Source: Promethearchaeia archaeon
Lineage (GTDB): Archaea > Asgardarchaeota > Lokiarchaeia > Sigyniarchaeales > SOKP01
DNA: 64,000 bases
NCBI GenBank assembly: GCA_029856155.1
Contig: JAHQWL010000023.1
Span: 32,001 to 96,000, forward strand
Reading direction: 5' to 3'
Position 1 is the first letter of the stretch; each line of letters starts with the position of its first letter. Positions 51,433-59,414 of the stretch are shown here, one piece after another. The translations under genes were made by a program, and so were the position numbers. A model generated the notes under the pieces. That model made no database searches. It was not told the origin of the DNA and saw only the letters and a list, made by a program, of their open reading frames with translations.

Positions 51433-52578
51433 TTAAAAGCATCGATGGATAACTTGGGGTCCCATCTCCTTGTATTCTCTTCGAGTAATCCACATTCTAT
51501 GAAATGTTTTTAAGGAACTTAAGATAGATCCTCCTATCCACACAGAATACATTCTTTCTGGAGGAGCGATTATCTTTACATCTATAGATTCAGCAACCTG
51601 TTCTTTTATTTCTCGAGTTAAACGCTCTTTAATTCCGGGAAACATTGTAGAACCGCCTGAAAGGACAATATTACTATAAAGATCTCTGCGTAAATCTACA
51701 TCACATTCAGATATTGCTCCTACCACTTCATCATCTAGAGGAGCTAATTCTTTACCAATCACAGAAGGATTAAATAAGCATTCTGGAGCCAAGAATCTTT
51801 CAATCCCTATTGTGATAGTTTCACCATCAGGAAGCATGAAATTCTTTGCCATACCAGCTACCTTATTTGAAAGTAAAATCTCTTTTTCAGGATCAATAGC
51901 AACATAGCAAAGCTTTTCTTTTATTTCTCTTACAATCTCTTTCTCAGCTGATGTATAAAAGGAATATCCATTTTGACGTAACAATCTCTGTAAATATGTT
52001 GTAACATCCCTTCCAGCAAGATCAATTCTCTGGATTGCATGACTTAAAGCAAATCCTTCAAATATTGGTACTATATGAGCTACTCCATCACCAATATCGA
52101 TTACACATCCTGTTGTTCGACCAGAAGCGTAAAGTGATAATACTGCTTGAGTTGCTATATAAAGCGCCGGAACATTAAATGTTTCGAACATTATTTCTGC
52201 TAGTTTTTCTCGATTTGATCGAGGATTCAATGGAGCTTCAGTTAATAATATTGGGTACTCAGATGGATCAATTCTTAAATCAGTATAAAATGTATAATGC
52301 CAAATTCTTTCCATTGCTGGCCAATCTTCCACAACTCCATGCTCAATAGGAAATTGTAAATTCATTATTCCTTTTAATTCCATCGCTTCTTCACCAATAT
52401 ACCATTCTCGACTATAATCCTTTACATCGGGCATTATGTTTCCATATTTTGGTTTACCAATCACAGTAGGAAACACTGAACGTGGCTGATCTTCTCCTCC
52501 AAATCCATTTTTTGATATTCCGGTCCCATTATCTATAACAATAGCTCTATTATTTCTAAAATCCCCGTTGACTGAAAT
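51433..52578 (-). CDS. actin (Lokiactin-type); N-terminus extended to a probable ATT start
   Basis: The frame upstream of the called GTG encodes AIVIDNGTGISKNGFGGEDQPRSVFP. Also LLTEAPLNP, DIGDGV, IVLSGGSTMFPG, YSVWIGGSIL, HRCF. Confidence 0.95.
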   Translation of the reverse strand: MSVNGDFRNNRAIVIDNGTGISKNGFGGEDQPRSVFPTVIGKPKYGNIMPDVKDYSREWYIGEEAMELKGIMNLQFPIEHGVVEDWPAMERIWHYTFYTDLRIDPSEYPILLTEAPLNPRSNREKLAEIMFETFNVPALYIATQAVLSLYASGRTTGCVIDIGDGVAHIVPIFEGFALSHAIQRIDLAGRDVTTYLQRLLRQNGYSFYTSAEKEIVREIKEKLCYVAIDPEKEILLSNKVAGMAKNFMLPDGETITIGIERFLAPECLFNPSVIGKELAPLDDEVVGAISECDVDLRRDLYSNIVLSGGSTMFPGIKERLTREIKEQVAESIDVKIIAPPERMYSVWIGGSILSSLKTFHRMWITRREYKEMGPQVIHRCF

Positions 52579-52767
52579 TTTAAAACCACCTCTTTTTTTG
52601 ATTATAAGAACTGAATTTTATTAAAGGAATCAATAATTAAATAGATAGTAGACTATTTTTCTTGGAAGATATTCCCAGAAATGATCTAATGTTGATTATC
52701 CATAGAATTCATATTTGATTCCTAAATTTAATAAAACTTTTTCTTGTTGTAATGATATTTTAACTAG

Positions 52768-52801
52768 TATATAAACTTTGTCACATCATCGTGACAAAGT
52801 T
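52768..52801 (-). promoter_or_regulatory. TATA box plus perfect 11-bp inverted repeat upstream of actin
   Basis: Plus strand: TATATAAA 52768-52775; AACTTTGTCAC-ATCATC-GTGACAAAGTT 52774-52801. Confidence 0.7.
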
Positions 52802-52912
52802 GTGCCATTAATATAACAATTTAAAAAAAAATATTTGAAAATTAGTATTATTTGAATTGACGGCTCTATATACCTTATAATGTTTATAGGAATAATTAAA
52901 TTTAAATAAAAA

Positions 52913-53977
52913 CTATTTTTTTAGCAGATTTATCAACTTTTTTACTATTAGGTCCCCCATTTCTCTTGTTGTTAGTGTCTTAAAAGTTTTATTCTCAATA
53001 TCTATGGTTCTTCCTTCGTTAAGAGCCTCTTCCACAGATTTTTCAATTAAATTTCCAATTTCTGGAGAATTAAATGATTCCTGCATCATTAATTTTACAC
53101 TTAAAATAGTACCTATTGGATTTGCAATATTTTTACCAGCAATATCAGGAGCCGAACCATGTATAGGTTCATACATAGACACATTTCCTGGATTTATATT
53201 TCCACTAGCGGCCATTCCTAAACTACCAATAAGAAAGGCGCCTTCATCACTAGTAATATCACCGAACATATTGCCTGTAACTACAGTTTCGTAAGAATAG
53301 GGAGCACGAATTAGCCATTGACAAAAAGCATCGATATAGACATCCTCTTTCTCGATATCAGGATAATCATTTCCAATTCTATGAAAGATCGAGCGCCAAA
53401 ATTGACTTGCTTTTATAACATTTGCTTTATCTACAGATGTTATTTTCTTATGGCCATTTTTCTTCGCAAATTCATAAGCATATCGTATAATTCGTTCACA
53501 CCCCTTTTTAGTATAACGCATTACACTTTCTGCAATATCTTCTGATATTTCTCCTATTCCTTTATATATTCCTTCTGTATTTTCTCTAATAATGGTGAAA
53601 TCAATACCTTTTCCTATAAATTCTTCTTTAAGTGGGCATCTATCACGTATATGATCATATAACTTAATTGGTCTTATATTTACATATAGATCTAAATCCT
53701 GTCTTATCTTTAAGATTGCAGATTCAACAACTCCGGGGGGTAAATCAGGAAGTCCAATAGCACCAAATAATAGAGAATCAGAATTTTTAATAATCTCAAA
53801 TGTCTTCTTAGGAAGACTTTCACCACATTTTTTCCATACATTCCCTCCCGCGGGGGCATTTTTAAATTCAAAATCAAAATCAGTATACTCAGAAATTGTC
53901 TTTAGAATCTTTATCCCTTCTTCTACTACTTCTAATCCACATCCATCACCATGAGTGATGGCTATTTTTTTTACCAT
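52913..53977 (-). CDS. leuB: 3-isopropylmalate dehydrogenase
   Basis: GDGCGLEV, IRENTEG, VDKANV, NMFGDITSD, YEPIHGSAPDIAGK. Confidence 0.9.
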   Translation of the reverse strand: MVKKIAITHGDGCGLEVVEEGIKILKTISEYTDFDFEFKNAPAGGNVWKKCGESLPKKTFEIIKNSDSLLFGAIGLPDLPPGVVESAILKIRQDLDLYVNIRPIKLYDHIRDRCPLKEEFIGKGIDFTIIRENTEGIYKGIGEISEDIAESVMRYTKKGCERIIRYAYEFAKKNGHKKITSVDKANVIKASQFWRSIFHRIGNDYPDIEKEDVYIDAFCQWLIRAPYSYETVVTGNMFGDITSDEGAFLIGSLGMAASGNINPGNVSMYEPIHGSAPDIAGKNIANPIGTILSVKLMMQESFNSPEIGNLIEKSVEEALNEGRTIDIENKTFKTLTTREMGDLIVKKLINLLKK

Positions 53978-54495
53978 TATGATTCCTCTTCTGAATTAGC
54001 AATTTGTTCTTTGGCAAAATTTACGAGCCCTTGAAGTTTAATTATTTTCTGTAAAAAGGCTGGAAACTCACTAAAAGAATAAGATTGGTTAGAAGTTATA
54101 TTTCTTATTGATCCTTTTCCAAAATCAATATCTAACAGATCTCCACTATTAAAAGCATTAGTATCAGGAAACTGAAGAATTGGAAGTCCGATATTAATTG
54201 CATTTCTGAAAAATATTCGTGCAAAACTGGGAGCTATAATTAATTCTATTCCCGAAGCTTTTAATGCGATTGGAGCTTGTTCTCGGCTAGATCCACAACC
54301 GAAATTTGAACCTGAGACGAGAATCGTTGCTTGAAGATCATTTTTATTCTGATGAAACTCAGGATCTAAATCTTCCATACAATGTTTTGCTAAAAATTGA
54401 GGATCTGTATCTACTAAGTATCGAGCAGGAATTATAAAATCGGTATTAATATTTTCTTGAGGATATTTAATTACTTTTCCTTTTATTTTTTTCAC
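53977..54495 (-). CDS. leuD: 3-isopropylmalate dehydratase small subunit
   Basis: [40 protein letters not shown]. Confidence 0.92.
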   Translation of the reverse strand: MKKIKGKVIKYPQENINTDFIIPARYLVDTDPQFLAKHCMEDLDPEFHQNKNDLQATILVSGSNFGCGSSREQAPIALKASGIELIIAPSFARIFFRNAINIGLPILQFPDTNAFNSGDLLDIDFGKGSIRNITSNQSYSFSEFPAFLQKIIKLQGLVNFAKEQIANSEEES

Positions 54496-54512
54496 CTTTT
54501 AAATTGAATTTT

Positions 54513-55787
54513 TTATATACTTTCTGGAGATGTAATAAAACCTTTTAAAGCAGAAGATGCAGCAATTACAGGGTTTGATAAATAAACTTCACTTTCCTTA
54601 TGCCCCATCCTTCCCATAAAATTTCTATTTGTCGTTGATATCGCTCTTTCACCAGGAGCAAGGATTCCCATATGTCCTCCTAAACATGGACCACAAGTGG
54701 GTGGAGATACAATCGCTCCCGCTTTAAGAAAAATTTCGATTAATCCTTCTTTAAGAGCATGAAATTGAATATTAGGAGTGCCTGGAATGATAATACATCT
54801 CACACTAGGGTGGATCTTGTTATTTTTCATTATTTTTGCCGCTATCCGTAAATCCTCCAATCGTCCGTTAGTGCAAGAACCAATTACAGCTTGATCAATT
54901 TCAAGATGTAAATTATGTACTTCAGATATAGGTTTTGTATTGCTTGGTGAGTGCGGAAGAGCTATTTGAGGTTCAATTTTAGAACAATCGATCTCAATGC
55001 TGTTATGATAATTCGCATTATGATCATTTTCATAAGTTTTATATTTCGAAATTCCTACATTTTTAAGATATTGTTTTGTAATTTTATCTGGAAAAATGAA
55101 CCCTGTTTTTGCCCCTGCTTCGATAGCCATATTACACATAGTAAAACGGTTTGCCATAGATAAGTTATCAATAATTTCTCCTGTAAACTCCATAACTTTA
55201 TACGTTGCCCCATCAACACCAATTTGACCAATTGTATATAAAATTAAATCTTTTCCTGAAACCCATTTATTCAACTGACCTGAATATATGAATCTTGTGG
55301 TTTTAGGTACTTGAAGCCAACATTTTCCGAGAACCATAGTCACACCTAAATCAGTTGAGCCAACACCAGTAGAGAACGCTCCTAATGCACCATATGTACA
55401 AGTATGAGAATCAGCACCAATAATTAATTCACTCGGAGATACTAGACCTTGTTCAGGAATAAGACAATGTTCAATTCCTACTTTTCCTACCTCAAAATAG
55501 TGTTGAATATGATACTTATTTGCAAAATCTCTCAAAATTTTACACTGTATTGCCGAAGCAATATCTTTATTTGGTGTAAAATGATCTGGTGTCAATATTA
55601 TCTTACTCGGATCAAAAACACTTCTTTCAGTTCCTTCAATAATTTTTTCGAAAACTTCTATAGCTTTTGGTGCAGTTATATCATTACCCAAACATTTATC
55701 AATATTTACTAAAACAAAATCTCCAGCAGAAAGATCCTTTTGATCGCAATGATCTCTTAAGATTTTTTCACTAATTGTTAAAACCAT
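54513..55787 (-). CDS. leuC: 3-isopropylmalate dehydratase large subunit
   Basis: GADSHTCTYGA, IGSCTNGR, CGPCLG, TNRNF.GRMG. Confidence 0.92.
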   Translation of the reverse strand: MVLTISEKILRDHCDQKDLSAGDFVLVNIDKCLGNDITAPKAIEVFEKIIEGTERSVFDPSKIILTPDHFTPNKDIASAIQCKILRDFANKYHIQHYFEVGKVGIEHCLIPEQGLVSPSELIIGADSHTCTYGALGAFSTGVGSTDLGVTMVLGKCWLQVPKTTRFIYSGQLNKWVSGKDLILYTIGQIGVDGATYKVMEFTGEIIDNLSMANRFTMCNMAIEAGAKTGFIFPDKITKQYLKNVGISKYKTYENDHNANYHNSIEIDCSKIEPQIALPHSPSNTKPISEVHNLHLEIDQAVIGSCTNGRLEDLRIAAKIMKNNKIHPSVRCIIIPGTPNIQFHALKEGLIEIFLKAGAIVSPPTCGPCLGGHMGILAPGERAISTTNRNFMGRMGHKESEVYLSNPVIAASSALKGFITSPESI

Positions 55788-55821
55788 AATTCTTAAAATC
55801 TCTATTTTTTATTGAAATTAA

Positions 55822-57444
55822 TTATTTTAATGATAGGCTTTTTTTCTTAACAATTAGATTTAGTCCTTTTATCAGAGATAAAACAGAACACAGAACAATA
55901 TCTTCATGAATCGCACTAGCTTTAACTACCATATTACTTTCAACATCCATGATTTCAATGGTAACATGCCCTAATGCTTCAGTTCCACCAGTAATAGCAT
56001 CAATTTGAAAATTTAAAAGTACAATCTTACTCATCGGTTTAAAGCATTTAACAATTGCTTTACAAGAAGCATCTACAGGACCTACTCCCGTTGCAGATGC
56101 TACTTTTTTTATTATATCTCCATTATTTTTGATATTTAATCGAACTGTTGATGTAGGTGTAACAGATCCAGTTAAAACAGTTAACTCCTCAAGCGTAACA
56201 TATTGTTCTTCTTTTGGTATTTCACCCAAAACATCTTTTACAATGGCTAAAAAATCCTCTTCAGAAACTTCATGCCCTTTATCACCAAGACTCTTTACAT
56301 GTTCCATTATTTTCGTAAATTGTTCTTCATTAGGTTTAATTCCTAAGTCATTAATTTTAGCCCTAAGAGCATGACCACCTGTATGTTTTCCAAGTTTTAT
56401 TGATTGCTTGATAATTGCTTCCACATTGTCAGTACGGTGAATTCCTATTAATTCTGGTGTAATGGGTTCATAAGTTCGTGCATGTTGAATCATCGCATGA
56501 GCATGAATACCTGCTTCATGAGCAAATGCATTCTGACCTATAAGGGGTTGTAATCGTCCAATTCTAACTTTTCCACCACAATAACTTTCTACTAATTTAG
56601 CTGTAGGAAATATTTTTGATGTTATAATATTCATAGGTATTTGGTATAAAGCATAAAGAGACATACATGTTTCTTCAAAAGATGCATTTCCTGCTCGTTC
56701 ACCCAAGCCCAAAATTGTTGTTTGAGCTTCAGAAGCACCATTTTCGAACCCAGCAATAGTATTTGCAACAGCAAGACCAAAATCATTATGACAATGGACT
56801 GCAATACGAATATTATTAGGTAAAGTTTCATAATTCTTCCGTATAATATATCCAAAAGCTACTGGAGAGATAGTACCTACTGTGTCAGGTATATTAATTC
56901 GTGTGGCTCCACTTTCAACGGCAGTTAGGTTAGCTTTAATTAAAAAGTCTAGATCTGATCTAGTTGCATCCTCAGCTGAAAATAATACTGTAGAATAATG
57001 CTCTTTAGCATAAGAGACGGTTTCTCTTATTCTTTCTATGACTTCATCTTTAGTTAATTGAAGTTTTTCTCTCATATGCAGTTCTGAAGTGGCACAAAAT
57101 AGATGTATACTATCCATATCTGCCTCTATAACTCTATCTATATCAGGTTTCGCTGTTCTAGCTAAACCCATCACTTCAGAATCTAAACCCATTTTTGCAA
57201 TATCTCTACAAGCTTCAAAATCACCCTGAGATGTTATAGGAAAACCCGCTTCTATAATATCGATTCCCAACTCATTAAGAGCTTGAGCAATAGATAGCTT
57301 TTCTTTATGAGTAAAACTTATACCTGGAGTTTGTTCCCCATCACGGAGCGTTGTATCAAAAAAATATGCTCTATCAGGGAGGATAAGTGCTCCTCTAATT
57401 TTTTCCATCATTTCGGAAACAGCAATATCGTTTTTACTTACCAT
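55822..57444 (-). CDS. leuA: 2-isopropylmalate synthase
   Basis: DTTLRDGEQ, HCHNDFGLAVAN, GERAGNA, AFAHEAGIH, regulatory domain G.GPVDA. Confidence 0.88.
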   Translation of the reverse strand: MVSKNDIAVSEMMEKIRGALILPDRAYFFDTTLRDGEQTPGISFTHKEKLSIAQALNELGIDIIEAGFPITSQGDFEACRDIAKMGLDSEVMGLARTAKPDIDRVIEADMDSIHLFCATSELHMREKLQLTKDEVIERIRETVSYAKEHYSTVLFSAEDATRSDLDFLIKANLTAVESGATRINIPDTVGTISPVAFGYIIRKNYETLPNNIRIAVHCHNDFGLAVANTIAGFENGASEAQTTILGLGERAGNASFEETCMSLYALYQIPMNIITSKIFPTAKLVESYCGGKVRIGRLQPLIGQNAFAHEAGIHAHAMIQHARTYEPITPELIGIHRTDNVEAIIKQSIKLGKHTGGHALRAKINDLGIKPNEEQFTKIMEHVKSLGDKGHEVSEEDFLAIVKDVLGEIPKEEQYVTLEELTVLTGSVTPTSTVRLNIKNNGDIIKKVASATGVGPVDASCKAIVKCFKPMSKIVLLNFQIDAITGGTEALGHVTIEIMDVESNMVVKASAIHEDIVLCSVLSLIKGLNLIVKKKSLSLK

Positions 57445-57494
57445 GTTTTTAACCTTTTATAATTTTATTTAAAATATATAGCCCTTATACTTCC

Positions 57495-57530
57495 AAGAAG
57501 AAAAATACGCTCTAGAAAGGAATAGGGCGC
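57495..57530 (-). terminator. hairpin plus U-rich tract in the leu leader (candidate attenuator)
   Basis: GCGCCCTA-TTCCTTTC-TAGAGCGT followed by ATTTTTCTTCTT, starting 1 nt after the leader stop. Confidence 0.55.
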
Positions 57531-57531
57531 T

Positions 57532-57633
57532 CTATAATAATAAGAGTAATAACAAACTCATTAATTCTAAAGGAAATAAAATCCTCAAACTTATTTTATA
57601 ATTAGAAATAAGCAGACTCTGAGTAAATTTCAT
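57532..57633 (-). CDS. leucine-rich leader peptide of the leu operon
   Basis: MKFTQSLLISNYKISLRILFPLELMSLLLLLLL* (13/33 Leu; last seven codons TTG TTA TTA CTC TTA TTA TTA); alternative start ATG 57561. Confidence 0.75.
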   Translation of the reverse strand: MKFTQSLLISNYKISLRILFPLELMSLLLLLLL

Positions 57634-57909
57634 TTTTTCTAATCCTATTAGAATTTATGATTATAAAAATTAATTGATTATAACCTTATAAATTTTTTTC
57701 TTACTCCGTTTACAGTCTTTGTAGAAGAAGTTTGAAATTCTTTTGAAAAAATTCTTACTATTAGAGAATTGCCAAAAATCCAAGTTTAGATCCAGAGATT
57801 GATGTTGAAATTCAAAAATTATTAAATGAATTTTCAAATAAAGACTCAAATCAAATAAATGAAAAGAATAAGGAATGATAAAAAATAGAGAGAACGTTTT
57901 TAAATCAAT

Positions 57910-58323
57910 TTATAATGAAATTAACGATGAGATTTGTTTGTACTGATCTTCTGAGACTTTATCTTTTACTACTTCAAAAAGTTCTAGAAGCACATTGTCA
58001 GGAGCTCCTGCCATCACATACCTTAATGGACCGAAACTTTTTATTTCTTTTCTAAATTGAAAGCCCTTTTTTTTCATGTGTGCTACAAGTGCTTCCAAAT
58101 TGTCAGTTTCAATCCCTAAATGATGAATCGCTCCACGCTCTTGGTCCTTAGGTGGTTGATCATAAAAATTAATTTTTGAGGTTCCAATTGTTATCATTAC
58201 ATTTCTAGCTCCTGCCATTTTTAAATCAAATAAAACTTTTGCATCAAACATATCTTTATAAAATTTAATGCTTTCATCAAGATTCGAAGCAAAGAGATGG
58301 GCATGATGGAGGGAAGTTTTCAT
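57910..58323 (-). CDS. VOC/glyoxalase family protein
   Basis: LHHAHL...SIKFY, IHHLGIETDNL, APDNVLLELFE. Confidence 0.88.
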   Translation of the reverse strand: MKTSLHHAHLFASNLDESIKFYKDMFDAKVLFDLKMAGARNVMITIGTSKINFYDQPPKDQERGAIHHLGIETDNLEALVAHMKKKGFQFRKEIKSFGPLRYVMAGAPDNVLLELFEVVKDKVSEDQYKQISSLISL

Positions 58324-58378
58324 AATTTCACCTTTTCAAAATATATTGTATGAATATGTGAAATATTTATAGATCTTT

Positions 58379-59413
58379 TTAGAATCTTTTCATTTTCTTT
58401 GGATAAGATTGAAAAGGAGTACGCGGCTCTTCTGAAATCCATTCCACGTTTTTGTTTATATAGGTAAGTGATCTTAATAAGTCAAATGTTAACCAACGTG
58501 TAGCTTGTGGATGTGCTATATAATCCCATAATCCAAATTCTCCCTGCTCCGATTTTACAAATTCGATAAATTCAAAAACTCTATCATCATCTTGAGTCGC
58601 ACCTATTCTCCAACAAAGATTTAAGATATGAGCTATATCAAATTTAGCCATAAAGGTTATTTGTCCAATAGATTTTTCCAATCCAAGAAGACGTGCTATC
58701 GTGAAACCAAGATTACTTCTTAATTTAAGATTAGTTCCAAGAATTAGATCCAGAGCTCGTTTAGCTTCATTACTACTTTTTCGTTTAGGGTGATAAGCAA
58801 GGCAGCTAAGAACTGCTGTTGTATTAGATCGACAACCCCACCTAGAATGAGCAAGACGGCGATATCCAGCAATCCCTCCATAATTGCCTGCAGATAAACC
58901 AACAGGCCACGTACCATCCTCCAAACGCTGATCCATTAACCAATCAAATCCTCCCTCCGCCCTTTCATCAGTTGAATACCCACACATCACCAATCCTAAA
59001 AGCGGAATAGCAGTTTGAATGGGCATCATCTGATACCCAATCTCTTCATCAGTAAGCTGTTTCTTACCCGGCATTGGCCAAGACCCATCTTTCTGTTGTT
59101 TTGAAAAAATATAATTTGCAGCTTTTTGAACAACACCATGAGAAGAATTAAATCCGAAATAACCCAGTCTCTGCAATGCCATTGATGTTAATTGAATATT
59201 ATCATAAGATGTTAAACGGTTTATACCAAAAGAATCCCATGATCCATTAAATTTTTGGAGCGTGAATAATTCTCTAGCAAACAGATCTGATTCTCTCATT
59301 TGAGATAATTCTTTTACTTCATCTTCATCCTCAGGCAAATTTAACAATTCGGTTAAAACTAAATAGCGTAAACAGGGTGATGGATCAGTTAATAAAAGTG
59401 GAATCCAAGTCAT
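58379..59413 (-). CDS. prenyltransferase/squalene-cyclase-like (QW-repeat) alpha-barrel protein
   Basis: QKFNGSW, QQKDGSW, QRLEDGTW, QGEFGLW repeats. Confidence 0.7.
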   Translation of the reverse strand: MTWIPLLLTDPSPCLRYLVLTELLNLPEDEDEVKELSQMRESDLFARELFTLQKFNGSWDSFGINRLTSYDNIQLTSMALQRLGYFGFNSSHGVVQKAANYIFSKQQKDGSWPMPGKKQLTDEEIGYQMMPIQTAIPLLGLVMCGYSTDERAEGGFDWLMDQRLEDGTWPVGLSAGNYGGIAGYRRLAHSRWGCRSNTTAVLSCLAYHPKRKSSNEAKRALDLILGTNLKLRSNLGFTIARLLGLEKSIGQITFMAKFDIAHILNLCWRIGATQDDDRVFEFIEFVKSEQGEFGLWDYIAHPQATRWLTFDLLRSLTYINKNVEWISEEPRTPFQSYPKKMKRF

Positions 59414-59414
59414 C

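Noticed and set aside
51404-51493. N-terminal part of the 97-aa ORF call 51200-51493
   Set aside because: Overlaps the actin 3' end; a downstream ATG is more plausible
23947-52578. SMC5/6-like gene plus actin as an 'arcade'-like cytoskeletal cluster
   Set aside because: 24 kb apart with unrelated accessory genes between them
57700-57880. Plus-strand coding-like remnant (...LDPEIDVEIQKLLNEF...)
   Set aside because: Interrupted by a stop and a frameshift; parent gene cannot be identified by eye
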